From Ranitomeya imitator (Eukaryota), in assembly GCF_032444005.1 (NCBI RefSeq), contig NC_091291.1, forward strand, positions 135,098,001-135,162,000: a DNA stretch of 64,000 bases, given 5' to 3'. A program made the position numbers and the translations under genes. This document shows, one piece after another, positions 11,121 through 24,249 of the stretch (position 1 is its first letter; each line of letters opens with the position of its first letter). Under the pieces are notes generated by a model, which was not told the origin of the DNA, ran no database searches, and saw only the letters and a list, made by a program, of their open reading frames with translations.

Positions 11121-14018
11121 CAGTACAGACCAAAAGTTTGGACACACCTTCTCATCTAAAGATTTTTCTGTATTTTCATGACTATGAAAATTGTTCATTC
11201 ACACTGAAGGCATCAAACTATGAATTAACACATGTGGAATTATATACTTAACAAAAAAGTGTGAAACAACTGAAATTATGTCTTATATTCTAGGTTCTTC
11301 ACAGTAGCCACCTTTTGCTTTGATGACTGCTTTGCACACTCTTGGCATTCTCTTGATGAGCTTCAAGAGGTCGTCACCGGGAATGGTTTTCACTTCACAG
11401 GTGTGCCCTGTCAGGTTTAATAAGTGGGATTTCTTGCCTTATAAATGAGTTTGGGACCATCAGTTGTGTTGTGCAGAAGTCTGGTGGATACACAGCTGAT
11501 AGTCCTACTGAATAGACTGTTAGAATTTGTATTATGGCAAGAAAAAAGGAGCTAAGTAAAGAAAAACGAGTGGCCATCATTACTTTAACCCCTTCATGAC
11601 CTTGGGATTTTTCATTTTTCCGTGTTCGTTTTTCACTCCCCTCCTTCCCAGAGCCATAACATTTTTAATTTTTCCGTCAATTTGGCCATGTGAGGGCTTA
11701 TTTTTTGCGGGACGAGTTGTACTTTTGAACGACATCATTGGTTTTAGCATGTCGTGTACTAGAAAACGGGAAAAAAATTCCAAGTGCGGTGAAATTGCAA
11801 AAAAAAGTGTAATCCCACACTTGTTTTTTGTTTGGCTTTTTTGCTAGGTTCACTAAATGCTAAAACTGACCTGACATTATGATTCTCCAGGTCAGTACGA
11901 GTTCATAGACACCTAACATGACTAGGTTATTTTTTATCTAAGTGGTGAAAAAAAATTCCAAACTTTGAAAAAAAATAAATAAATTGCGCCATTTTCCGAT
12001 ACTCGTAGCGTCTCGTTTTCGTGATCTGGGGTCGTTTGAGGGCTTATTTTTTGCGTGCCGAGATGACGTTTTTAATGATAGCATTTCGGTGCAGATACGT
12101 TCTTTTGATCGCCCGTTATTGCATTTTAATGCAATGTCGCGGCGACCTAAAAAACGTAATTCTGGCGTTTCTAATTTTTTTCTCGCTACGCCGTTTAGCG
12201 ATCAGGTTAATGCTTTTTTTTAGTTGATAGATCGGGCGATTCTGAGCGCGGCGATACCAAATATGTGTAGATTTGATTTTTTTTTTATTGATTTATTTTG
12301 ATTGGGGCGAAAGGGGGGTGATTTAAACTTTTATATTTTTTTCACATTTTTTTTAGCTTTTTTTTTTTTTACTTTTGCCATGCTTCAATAGCCTCCGTGG
12401 GAGGCTAGAAGCAGGCACAACTCGATCGCCTCTGCTACATAGCAGCGATCTGCTGTTCACTGCTATGTAGCAGAAATGGAGGTGTGCTGTGAGCGCCGAC
12501 CACAGTGTGGCGCTCACAGCGACGGGCGATCAGTAACCATAGAGGTCTCAAGGACCTCTATGGTTACAATGGAGACGCATCGCCGACCCCCGATCATGTG
12601 ACGGGGGTCGGCGATGACGTCATTTCCGGCCGCCCGGCCGGATGCGGTAGTTAAATGCCGCTGTCTGCGATTGACAGCGGCATTTAACTAGTTAATAGGT
12701 GCGGGCAGATCGCGATTCTGCCCGCACCTATTGCGGGCACATGTCAGCTGTTCAAAACAGCTGACATGTCCCGGCTTTGGTGCGGGCTCACCGCGGAGCC
12801 CTGCATCAAAGCAGGGGATCTGACCTCGGACGTACTATCCCGTCCGAGGTCAGAAAGGGGTTAAGAAATGAAGGTCAGTCTGAAAAATTGGGAAAACTTT
12901 GAAAGTGTCCCCAAGTGCAGTGGCAAAAACCATCAAGCGCTACAAAGAAACTGGCTCACATGAGAACTGCTCCAGGTAAGGAAGACCAAGAGTCACCTCT
13001 GCTTCTGAGGATAAGTTTATCCGAGTCACCAGCCTCAGAAATCGCAGGTTAACAGCAGCTCAGATTAGAGACCAGGTCAATGCCACACAGAGTTCTAGCA
13101 GCAGACACATCTCTACAACAACTGTTAAGAGGAGACTTAGTGCAGCAGGCCTTCATGGTAAAATAGCTGCTAGGAAACCACTGATAAGGACAGGCAACAA
13201 GCAGAAGAGACTTGTTTGTGCTAAAGAACACAAGGAATGGACATTAGACCAGTGGAAATCTGTGCTTTGGTCTGACGAGTCCAAATTTGAGATCTTTGGT
13301 TCCAACCACCGTGTCTTTGTGTGACGCAGAAAAGGTGAATGGATGGACTGTACATGCCTGGTTCCCACCGTGAAGCATGGAGGAGGAGGTGTGATGGTGC
13401 GGGGGGGGCTTTGCTGGTGACACTGTTGGGGATTTATTCAAAATTGAAGGCATACTGAACCAGCATGGCTACCACAGCATCTTGCAGCGGCGTGCTATTC
13501 CATCCGGTTTGCGTTTAGTTGGATCATCATTTATTTTTCAACAGAACAATGACCCCAAACACACCTCCAGGCTGTGTAAGGACTATTTGACCAAGAAGGA
13601 GAGTGATGAGGTGCTACGCCAGATGACCTGGCCTCCACAGTCACCAGACCTGAACCCAACCGAGATGCTTTGGGGTGAGCTGGACCGCAGAGTGAAGGCA
13701 AAAGGGCCAATAAGTGCTAAGCTTCTCTGGGAACTCCTTCAAGATTGTTGGAAGACCATTCCCGGTGACTACCTCTTGAAGCTCATCAAGAGAATGCCAA
13801 GAGTGTGCAAAGCAGTCATCAAAGCAAAAGGTGGCTACTTTGAAGAACCTAGAATATAAGACATAATTTCAGTTGTTTCACACTTTTTTGTTAAGTATAT
13901 AATTCCACATGTGTTAAGTCATAGTTTTGATGCCTTCAGTGTGAAATTACAATTTTCATAGTCATGAAAATACAGAAAATCTTTAAATGAGGTGTGTCCA
14001 AACTTTTGGTCTGTAATG
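11121..14018 (+). mobile_element. Tc1-family element of a second family, in the TIMM8B intron, transposase inactivated
   Basis: TIRs CAGTACAGACCAAAAGTTTGGACACACC at both ends, TA at 14019-14020. Transposase MARKKELSKEKR.. (11534) to ..GGYFEEPRI* (13859) has an insertion, a frameshift, stops and QQNND for QQDND. Confidence 0.94.
11589..12860. mobile_element. piggyBac-type non-autonomous element (1272 bp) nested in the Tc1 transposase
   Basis: TTAA TSD (11585-11588, 12861-12864). CCCCTTCATGACCT / AGGTCAGAAAGGGG termini. Removing it restores ..IITLRNEGQS. Confidence 0.9.
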
Positions 14019-14971
14019 TATGTATGTATGTATGTATGTATGTATGTTTTTTTTATTAAAGGGACACTGTCACCTGAATTTGGAGTGAACAATCTTCAGC
14101 CATGGAGGCGGGGTTTTCGGGTGTTTGATTCACCCTTTCCTTACCCGCTGGCTGCAATATTGGATTGAAGTTCATTCTCTGCCTTGTTTTAGGAGCGGCC
14201 GCTGAACTCCCCAGCAGGCCTCCAATCCTATGGACAGCTCTCTGATCCTGCCATGAGACAGCTTAGCCTCCGCAGCACCGGAATATCGGGAGTTAACAGT
14301 GATATTCTGGACAAATTCAGAGAGGTGTCAACAAGAAAGGAGCTGGTAAGTTCTTCGTGCGCTCAGCCACTACTGCTAGACCAGAGGCAGCTGGTTCCCT
14401 AGGCAACAAGCGGTAAACAAAAGAAGTGAAAATGTAATCAAAAGAATGGGATCAGATCTGAATTCATAGTAAATCTAGAATAATGGGAATAACCCGACCC
14501 CGGGGCCAATCAACAGTAATGACATGATCTTAGATGGCGAGCGGTCAGTGATCACCGCCGGCCACGTGCCCAGGAGAGGTGGATACCAGGGGCGCACAGA
14601 TCGTTGGTGCAGCCGCACAGGGGTCACTACCACCTCCAAAGCGGGAGGAGTTGTGCATTATGATGAGCTATTGGACCCCAATATTGCACCGCGGCCCCTC
14701 CTGTCTGTGCCCGCCAGTGGTCACACATATAAAACCCCTTAAAGGGACACGTCCATCGCTATAACACTTGTGTTGACCCTCTGACAGCGATTTGCGACCG
14801 TTTACACCAGTTTTACCATTTCGTGTACGCAGCTCCGCAGCGCTCCTAAGTGTCGCCATGGATACCGACATCCAGCATTTAATAAGCATTCCCCCCGGAT
14901 GATGGCAGCACTGGGGGGCTGCTGTCCATAGCGCTGGACGCCTCCATGCCTGTACACGTGCTGTCACCCAC

Positions 14972-15088
14972 CTGAGATGTGAACTGCGCCTTCTGCTGCT
15001 CCACAGCCAGCATCCTCTGCAGCTCCGCCGACTCCGCGGGACTAGCGCCCACCCCGGACAAGTCAAGGTCCGAATCAAAGCCCTCCAT
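14972..15088 (-). CDS. TIMM8B: Tim8 B, exon 1
   Basis: MEGFDSDLDL..AELQRMLAVEQQKAQFTSQ, donor CAG|GTGGGT, phase 0, in frame with exon 2 (93 aa total). Head-to-head with SDHD as for human TIMM8B. Confidence 0.95.
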
Positions 15089-15404
15089 GCCGAGCGACGA
15101 CCTTCAGCCTCCCCGCTGTTCTCTAGGACCGACCGTCAACTGCTCACGGTGTCGTCCAAGCTCCTCTCTGATTCGCAACCCAAAACGAGGCGCGAAACGC
15201 TGCGGCGAATTACTATTGGCTGAGCTCGTAGCGTCTCCCTTTTCCTGATTGGTTACGTGTTTTTTTTTTTTTTATCCCTGCTTCCTAAAGCTTGAGTGAC
15301 CGGTGCGCTAATAAAGTTTATCGAGACAATTTGAAACAATAAAGTTTTGTTGACATTGTTTCACTTCCTGGTCGCGGTGTCACCTTGGTTGGGTGTCAGG
15401 CAAG
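15089..15404. promoter_or_regulatory. Bidirectional TIMM8B/SDHD promoter in CpG-rich DNA
   Basis: 316 bp between divergent ATGs. CCAAT box (ctgattggtt ~15245), ETS/GABPA-type CACTTCCTG (15362), YY1-type AAGATGGCGGC overlapping the SDHD ATG. Confidence 0.8.
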
Positions 15405-15450
15405 ATGGCGGCTCTGGTGAGAGTGGGCGCTGTGTGCAGGGCAGGCAGAG
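15405..15450 (+). CDS. SDHD: Succinate dehydrogenase cytochrome b small subunit, exon 1
   Basis: MAALVRVGAVCRAGR transit-peptide start, donor AG|GTGAGT, phase 1. Confidence 0.9.
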
Positions 15451-15894
15451 GTGAGTCCCGGGGCCGAAAAAAAACGAGTCTTTACTAAACTTACGGGGCG
15501 TATTTTTTTTTTTTCAATGTTTGCATGCTATCTTTATTGTTCCTGACAAAAGTATCAGAAGTTGCAGTGTTTTAGTCACAGGAGGGGTGTAGCTGAGTGG
15601 GTGCAGGGTGGCTGGGGTTTTCTGGGTGGGCTTGTGATGTGCTGCTGCCCCCTGTGTCATGTGACTGACGTCGTGGTGTATGATGGCGGCCGGCGTGAAC
15701 TTTCCACGACGTCGTATGTGACATTGCGGTCGTCGCGGAGCCCGTTGGCCGATATGACGCGTTGTTGCATTGGCCATGTGACCACAGGAATTTAAAGGGA
15801 TGTTCTCCTAGTAAGTGACAGCGGACACTTCATTCTCTGGATTCCTTAAAGGGGTTAAAAAAATACCCGTTACTTCCACGATGAGCTTATCTTA

Positions 15895-16178
15895 GGCTAC
15901 GTTCACATTTGCGTTGTTGGGCGCAGCCTCACGCGCCCCTATCTTTAACATGGGGGGGGGCGCATGGACATGCGCCGGTATGCGCTGTATTGCGTTTTAC
16001 GACGCATGCGTCAATTTGACGCACCAGACAGGGTGCGGACGACGCTCCTTGTAGCATCTTCCCTGCGCCAAAATTCGTGAACATTACTAGTTTATGTCGA
16101 CGCATGCGTAAAAAAACACGCAGCGTTGTGGGATGCGTTGACGACGCTGCGCCCAACAACGCAAATGTGAACGTAGCC
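15895..16178. mobile_element. PIF/Harbinger-type MITE
   Basis: TIR GGCTACGTTCACATTTGCGTTG at both ends. TTA TSD. Confidence 0.9.
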
Positions 16179-16591
16179 TTACTCTTAAGCTTTCCCCTTG
16201 TCACTTTTAAAATAGAAAAATTGAAAACCCCCTTTAACGAGGACCCGTCGCCGGTTGCAAAGTATTGTCTTTCCCCCCCCTTCCTCCAGTTCTTCAGTAC
16301 ATTATATGGTAAAATGAAAAGTGCCATTCAAAGCTAAAACTCGTCAAAAAAACAAGTGCCCTCACAGCGATGTCCACGGGGTACACAAAAAATATGGCTC
16401 TTGGAAGAAGGGAAGGAAAAAAAAAAAAAGAATAATTCCCCAGTAATGAAGTGGTGCAGTCATGTTTTTCCTAATAATCTGCCACGACATCGGGATACCC
16501 CTGTAATAGGGGAGTATATGATGCCTCGTTTGTCTTGGACATATCGAGGCTGTGACTGTGAAACTCGGCTTTATGCACAGAGGACGCAGCG

Positions 16592-16761
16592 NNNNNNNNN
16601 NNNNNNNNNNNNNNNNNNNNNNNNNNNNNNNNNNNNNNNNNNNNNNNNNNNNNNNNNNNNNNNNNNNNNNNNNNNNNNNNNNNNNNNNNNNNNNNNNNNN
16701 NNNNNNNNNNNNNNNNNNNNNNNNNNNNNNNNNNNNNNNNNNNNNNNNNNNNNNNNNNNNN
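16592..16761. other. Assembly gap (170 N) in SDHD intron 1
   Basis: Run of N. Confidence 0.99.
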
Positions 16762-17494
16762 GCCCCGTTCTCTATAGAAACCCCCAGAAAAGAATGCAGC
16801 ATTGGTGAAGGATGTAGCACGAGGGGCGTCGTGTGACCCTGATGGATCCCGACCGTCCAATTATCTGTGCTGACGAGAAACCTTTTTTTTGCATTCCTTA
16901 ACGCATGAAGGCATTTTCAGCATACGGGGAATCTTGGGAGGACGGGATTCGCTTTCACCATAACTATAAACTTGTCATAAAGAGATACCGTATTTTTATT
17001 TTTTTCATGTGCCAAATGCAACAAATGATGTAAAAAAAAAAAAAAGTTATCAAACTTTTTTTTTTTAATACGTTGTTCAATCACCTGATTTAATGGGTTA
17101 TTCCTCAAAAAATAATCTATGAAACCGGGATAACATGGTGATCGTTGGGGGTCTGAGCCCTGGGGCCACCAGTGATCCCGAGATCGGAGGTTTAGAACCT
17201 GAATGGAGCAGAGGTTCACCATGATCGGCCTCCTCTGCATTCATTGTCTGTGGGACAGTATCCTAGATAATGTCACAGATATGGGATAACTTTTTCTTTT
17301 TTTTTTTTTTTGAGGGAGGGAAATAACCCTTTAACAATAACTCCGTAGATGACTGCCTAAATTTCCTGCATAGTGGGTGGTCACAGCTCTAAACCAGCGC
17401 AGCCGCCTCTTCACTCTCCAGTACATTGATGAGGATGGGATGATTGAACCTTGTGTGTCTTGTTACGTCACATGTAATTATTCTGCATTTTCAG

Positions 17495-17584
17495 TTTTCC
17501 CCTTTAGTAAATCCTTGTTGATTCGACCGGCCGCCATATTGCCACAAGACAGAAGTTCTTTACCAGCGTCCCCAGGCCGTCCTG
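17495..17584 (+). CDS. SDHD: SDHD exon 2
   Basis: Acceptor gcattttcag, (V)FPFSKSLLIRPAAILPQDRSSLPASPGRP, donor G|GTATGT. 90 nt, keeps phase 1. Confidence 0.82.
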
Positions 17585-18492
17585 GTATGTTACACAACAT
17601 GTCTGTAACTGTGTATGGTATATATAAATTCTGTGTGTTGTATACAGCCATGAGGCCTGCGCCACAGTTAGGTTTTTTTTATGCAGATCTCGACTTCACT
17701 GAATGTGGGGTTTGGGAAAAAAAAAATGAAAGAGATGTTGGAATTTTTTTATTTTTTTTGAGCTCCCATTATCCTTGTGTTATAGGAAGCTGAGATCTGT
17801 GTTGCTATTTGCAAATTTTCTGAGCTCAAATTATTGGTCTTCAATTAAAGACTTAAGGGTGGAACAAAGTCCAGTATTATTCCAACATCTATTGATTAGA
17901 ACTAAGGGGTTTTCGCACGAACAAAGATAAGTTTTGCTCACGTTGTATCATAGACGTTGTTTTCTGTATGGAAAGAAGAGTCAGGGCAGGAGCGCGGCCG
18001 TAATCGCCTATAACGGGCGGTGGGATTGGGAGTTCTACCTGCTTCGATGATTAATTGTTAATAATGGCGGACCCTCGAGGTCAGACTGCTGCACTCGGCA
18101 TTGGTGGTCCCTAGATCCCCCTCCATACATTTACTTAAATCACTTTTGGTTAAAGAGTTTGCAGAGTAACAGGAAAACATGGCTACTTTGTTCCAAAAAC
18201 CTCATCGCACCTGTTTGTGTCTGATACTACAGATCAGTTCCATTGAAGTGAATGGAGTTGAGATGTAATACTGCACACAACCTATATACAATGGTGGCGT
18301 AGTCTTTAATTAAAAAAAAAAAAAAAATCATCTTTGCTTTTCTAATGTTATAATTCCACTTTTTGGATTTTCCCTCTTTTTTTTTATTTTGGAAGCTATT
18401 AGTGGGACACATCGGGTTGGGTCGTACTGTGTTCTTCTCAAGTGAAATTTTATTACTAGGTCTTTGAATTTTGAATTTTTTTTTTTCCGCAG

Positions 18493-18634
18493 CCTCCACC
18501 AAAGCCTCCCTGCACTGGACCGGTGAGAGAGCGGTGAGCGTTGTTCTCCTAGGCCTTATACCTGCGGCGTATATGTATCCTGGAGCCGCTATGGACTATT
18601 CTCTGGCCGCAGCTCTTGCCCTTCATGGACATTG
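18493..18634 (+). CDS. SDHD: SDHD exon 3
   Basis: [31 protein letters not shown] with canonical AG/GTAAGA sites. Confidence 0.96.
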
Positions 18635-19692
18635 GTAAGAAATGGTCAAATAAATCCGTATAACACAGATGGCATCGTGTCTGGTCACTGCCATGTGCAG
18701 GGACTGGAGTTTTGTTTCCCAATTGGTCTCTGTTTTCTCTGGCTGCAGCAGTCATGTGCTATACATCCATATGACCACTGCAGGCTTTGCCCTGGCCGCC
18801 CTGCCCCACGGTCTCGGCCACATTCATTAAAGGATACAGGCGCTTTCAGGGGCAATTTGTTTTCCTCTTTCCTACCTGTATTTTGAGCTAAGAATCATTG
18901 TTTCCGTTTATTTTGCATAAAAGTTATGTTGCACCATTTGGCTTTTGCAGGCTCTTAGTTTCCCTGCACATCGCAGGCTGCACGATGAGTTAACTGAGTC
19001 TTATCACTGAGCGTAATTTGATGAAAAAAAAGTTTTCAACCTTTCTCTTGTCTTTTTTTTGAGCGCCTCTCAGCTGAATTCTGACTACATGAAGTATGTG
19101 CGTGTTTCTGACGCAGTCTGTGGTCCTAAATCAGCTGAGAGGAGCTCAGAAAGGACAAATAAATACATATTCTCAGACGAAGCTCACCTACAGATTGCCA
19201 GTTACCTCGTTCTGCAGAGAGCAATATGAAGGAAGCAAAGAGCCTGTAAAAGACAAACGGTGCCACATTTGTAATGAAGCCCAATTGCAAAAATAATTTT
19301 TAGCCTAAAATACACGCATTTAAGTTAAAGGTATGTGGAGATTTAAAAAAAAAAATGATTTATCATTACAGTTTTGTTTTTGTACGGATCACCATAAGCT
19401 TTAATGGTGAAGTCTGATCCAAAAATAGCAGATGAGTATGGGGCCTGCTCCAAATCTCGTGAATCAGTGAACATCTATGGGTCCATGTACTGCCTGAGAA
19501 GAAATGAGGTGTGCAGCGGAGGTGTGAATGTCGCCGTAGGCTGAGTGTATACTAAAACCTCTCGGCTTATGGGCATTAGATGACGTAGGATTGTAGAGTA
19601 ATGCAACACGATGGCTATATGGACACGAGTGGGATCTCGTATGTTGTGGGTGACGTTACTTTTGGCCTAATATCTACATATTTCTTTCTCAG

Positions 19693-19858
19693 GGGTCTCG
19701 GGCAGGTGCTGACGGACTACGTTCACGGAGAGGCGAAGGTAAAGCTGGCTAACGCCGGACTGCTGGCTCTTTCGTCATTAACATTTGCCGGTCTTTGCTA
19801 TTTCAACTACCACGATGTGGGCATCTGCAAAGCGGTGGCCATGCTGTGGAGTCTATGA
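19693..19858 (+). CDS. SDHD: SDHD exon 4 (147 aa total)
   Basis: [33 protein letters not shown], acceptor tttctttctcag. Confidence 0.97.
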
Positions 19859-21764
19859 ATGTAACGCCGCACGCAGGAGGACAGAAGGGGCGGCTGGAAG
19901 GAGGAGGAGGACTGGGATATTTGACCGTCTCTGGTGCAGGACGCTCCGTCCAGTTTGGTTTGTACCAATGCGATTTCTGCAGAAATGGAGATTCATAAAA
20001 GCACTTAATGCAGCCATTTGCTATGTATTAGTATGTTCAGTACATGAACTGCGCTGTGTAAGATCCGGAGAGACGCCCCCAGCCACGGGGATTGCGGATC
20101 ATTCATTCTCGCTTCTTACATTTTGGGCGTTCTTGTTCCAGCTCCAAGATCTCTCTGCAAAAAGTTAAATTCCCATTTGACCAGACCGATGAACGTCATT
20201 CCAGCGTCTGGTTCCAAGTCTAATCATTATCTCATAATTTTATTTTATGTTTGGGGGGATTTAAAGAGCCCATTAAAAGTCAACGACGGTCACTGAAAGT
20301 GGCGATAACGGTCCTCAAAATAAATGATAAAATCTCAGTGGCGTACAGTAAACTCCTTCTTTCATGTTTTGACCTCACAACATCACAGATTAAGGTCCAT
20401 GTCAGGACTCCCCCAGAGCAAAACACTTCTGTATCTGTGCAGCAAATGCTCCGGTCTCACCGCCCTGTGCGCCGGCCGATACACTGGCAGTGGGAGCGCG
20501 ACGTCTGACCGCTGTCCTATGGGAGGTCCTCAGATGGAAAGTTGTACCTGCAGTAGTAACGCTGAGGCTGTGCCCCAGGATCGCGCAGGTGATATACTAA
20601 TCTCTGTTCGTGTAGATACGTCCTGCAGAAAGATGAGGATCAAGTAAAGAAATGTCAGGAATCCGGCTGCGCTTTATAGTAAGACCGACCAAGACCACTC
20701 TGTTGATCCATCTGGTCCAGCGACTCCTCTTCTCTGCAGCCATATAGGTGGGAAGGCATGTGGCCCACCCAGATCTAGAAGTCTGTAAGAGAAACATCAG
20801 TGAGGGATGAAGAAGCAAAGCGTAGGGCTGGGTGATATGGGGAAAATATTGTGTCCTTCACATCATGTTTGTACTGATGTACCCTAACTGGGCAGTGAAC
20901 GAAGTGTATTATCTGTATTCCTGTCATATATGCAACTGGTAATGCCTGCAGTGAATCGAATATTCGGGAGCATGTCTCCCCCACATGCGTCCCCTCATTC
21001 TGAGGCTTCTCTATGGGGCGATACCTTGATCTCCACCATTTTTATCGCTGGGGTTAATCTCAGAGGAGGTCTGGACTTTGCAGTTTTGGGGTCAGCAGAG
21101 CATTGGTGACTTTTCTGCCCTCTGCTCCTCAGCACTCGGCCCCCTACTCTGTAACACTTCGGGGTCTCCAGTTCATGGCTGAGTTGCGGCGGCTCCTTCC
21201 ACGTCTCCATAATAATCACTCACAGGTGATGGGAGGAAGAAATGTCATGGACGAACATGTTACCCCGGCGACTCCTATTACAGGACCGCGCTGGTATCGG
21301 AGAGCTCTGCACCACCAGCCGGTCTGGTACATGTTAGGAAAGATAGGTGGGGGTCTGGAGATTATACACCGGGGGCTGAAAGAGAAGCCTTAATTTAATG
21401 ATTAAAACTTGTTCTATACTTTTCTCCATTTAGTGTATGATGGTGTTGGTGAAGGCCCCACAGTATTTACAAATCCCTCATCTTGGGGCTAAATAGTAAG
21501 AGATTTGCCTGCAATCTAATTCACCTAATTAGGTTGCAACCATTTTTTTTTTTTTTTTAATTATTTGTACTTTACCTACAGAGAAGAACTCTTCTTCCCA
21601 TGTAACCTCAGACCTCACTACTAGGTTCTTTGTTATTTTTTTAAATGTTTTGCAAGAAGATAAAAAAAATGGAATGGCATCAGTTGTTGCGTCGGACCAG
21701 TCCTAGAGCCGATATAATTCCAGATCGATGCACAACTCTCAGATGTGAGCAGCTCCATCATTAA

Positions 21765-22153
21765 AGGGAATCTGTCACCTAATTTTTCGTACATAAGCTG
21801 TGGCCACCGCCATCAGGGGCTTATGTACCACATTCTGTAATGCTGTAGATAAGCCCCCGATGTATCCTGAAAGATAAGAAAAACAAGTTAGATTATACTC
21901 ACCCAGGGGCGGTCCGATGCGGTCCGGGTCCGGTGCAAGGAAGAGGACATCATCGCATGAAGATGGGAGGCGCCGGACTCGGACCACGACCCCCATCGGA
22001 CCGGACATCCCTGGGTGAGTATAATCGAACTCGTTTTTCTTATCTTTTAGGATGCAACCGGGGGCTTATATACAGCATTACAGAATGCGGTAGATAAGAC
22101 CCTGATGGCGGTGGCCGCAGCTTATATACGAAAAAGTAGGTGACGGGTTCCCT
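21765..22153. mobile_element. Kolobok/T2-type palindromic MITE
   Basis: TTAA TSD, AGGGAATCTGTCAC / GTGACGGGTTCCCT termini, long internal inverted arms. Confidence 0.88.
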
Positions 22154-22198
22154 TTAAACAACTAGCTGGACACAGTTTGCCGTGAAAACTGTGTCTTC

Positions 22199-22550
22199 GG
22201 GTATGTGCACACGTTCAGGTTTTTTAACGCTATAAAAACTCATTAAAAACGCATACATTATGCATCCTATCATTTAGAATGCATTCTGCAATTTTTGTGC
22301 ACATGATGCGTTTTTTTCCGCAAAAAAAAACGCATCGCGGTAAAAAAAAGCAGCATGTTCATTAATTTTGCTTTTTTTTTCGCGTTTTTCCCGCTATTCT
22401 ATGCATTTGGGAAAAACCGCAAACAAAAGCATCAAAAACGCGCAAAAAGCGCATCAAAACCGCAAAAAAAACGCATGCGGATTTCTGGCAGAAATGTCCG
22501 GTTTTTGTCAGGAAAATTTCTGCCAGAAATCCTGACGTGTGCACATAGCC
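22199..22550. mobile_element. PIF/Harbinger-type MITE (GGG/CTATGTGCAC family)
   Basis: TIRs GGGTATGTGCACACGT / ACGTGTGCACATAGCC. 3-bp TTC duplicated on both sides. Confidence 0.85.
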
Positions 22551-22838
22551 TTCCAGTCACTTTTCATTCACAAAGACTCGTCCGTCTTCATCTATTAGTC
22601 CGATGTTCAGTATCCACAGCGTCTGTACGGACGCGAAATCAATATGTTCTCAGTTTTATGAAAGGTTGAGAAAAGAATATCCGCGGACCACGTGTGATTT
22701 TTACCGTCCTGAATTCTTCTATTTCCCTCACTCTGCAGTAGGTTTGGAGAACCTCGCATCCTTTCATACCATCTTGACATTTGCAGCAAAAGTAGTCTGG
22801 AATTTAAGAAGTTTTTTTGCTGGTGGCTACAGATTTTT

Positions 22839-23002
22839 NNNNNNNNNNNNNNNNNNNNNNNNNNNNNNNNNNNNNNNNNNNNNNNNNNNNNNNNNNNNNN
22901 NNNNNNNNNNNNNNNNNNNNNNNNNNNNNNNNNNNNNNNNNNNNNNNNNNNNNNNNNNNNNNNNNNNNNNNNNNNNNNNNNNNNNNNNNNNNNNNNNNNN
23001 NN
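22839..23002. other. Assembly gap (164 N)
   Basis: Run of N. Confidence 0.99.
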
Positions 23003-23896
23003 ATTTTCTCTCTTTATATATGCGCAGATAATATGAACTTTTGGACCCTAGAAAATCAATTTTTATGTCCAATAAATTGATTTGGCCGCTGTATAGATGA
23101 TTTTTTTTTTTTTTCTGGAAAGTTGCACATTTGTTACGTATAATAATGGAATCGATAGAACTTGAGAGTAAATGCAGAGAATATTTATCGTGGGCACCGT
23201 ACCATACGGTACCAGCTAAGTAAATGAGATATTTTAAAACATTTTCCCGCGACAAATCGATGCGCAGCTCGGATTTTGATGGCAAGTCTATTCTTTCGAG
23301 GTGACAGGTTCGTCAAAGGAAAGAACATGAAGTTATAAAACAGGTAGTTTTCTATTGATGACCTATCCTTAGAATAGGTCATCAGTATCAGATCAGTGGG
23401 GGGTCCGACACTTGACTCCCCCACCGATCGGCCAGATGTTAGCAGTTATGGAGCCTTTTGAGTGCTGCAGATCTGGCCCTTGATCGTCATTATAAAAATA
23501 GTGGAACAACCTTTTATCATATACGGTTTTTTGTTTTGTTTTTTTATATTATTCAGACTGTTTTCATCCAAATTTCATGCTAATTCAACCTTGTGCAAAC
23601 AATCATTCCTGATTTGCAGGAAAATTGACACGTTGCTGCCGGCCGTGGTGACTTAAAAAAAAATCACAAATCATTTGGCCAACGCATCATTACCGATAGC
23701 AAGTCATGGACCTTTAAGAAATGTGTAGTCGCAAACCTCTGAAACCAAGGTCCTAAAAGGTGAGGATATTGCAATTCCTTCACTACAGCCTCCAAGAATC
23801 TATTTCCAGGGTAAAATTGCTAACGAAGGAATTTCATAAAAAATACTTGAGCAGAAGACGAAAAAAAATTTCTGCCTGAATACTTGTGAATTTTTA

Positions 23897-24249
23897 GGCT
23901 ATGTGCACACGATGCGGATTTGCTGCGGATCCGCAGCTAATTTTTCCGCGCAGAAACGCTGCAGATCCGCACTGTGATGTACGTACAGTACAATGTTATT
24001 CAATGGGAAAAAAAAAAAGCTATGTGGAAAAATCAGTGCGGAATTTCTGCGGATTTAAAAAGTGCATTTCACTACTTTTGTGCGGATCTGCAGCGTTTCT
24101 GCACCCCTCCATGATAAAAATCCGCAGTGGCAAAAACCGCACAAAATCCGCATAAAAACCGCTTCAAATCCGCGGCTGCGGATTCTGCCAGGAGATGCGG
24201 ATTTTGTGCAGAAAATTCTGCACCTCTTTTCCTACGCGTGCACATAGCC
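23897..24249. mobile_element. PIF/Harbinger-type MITE (GGCTATGTGCAC family)
   Basis: TIRs GGCTATGTGCAC / GTGCACATAGCC. TTA TSD. Confidence 0.88.

Noticed and set aside
14879-14971. ORF-track extension of TIMM8B exon 1 (VGDSTCTG..)
   Set aside because: Intron read-through past a canonical donor.
19601-19692. N-terminal part of ORF 19601-19858
   Set aside because: Intron sequence upstream of the SDHD exon 4 acceptor.
20000-21400. Unique, fairly CpG-rich sequence with many short ORFs after SDHD
   Set aside because: No recognisable domain or consistent exon chain. It could be 3' UTR or intergenic DNA.
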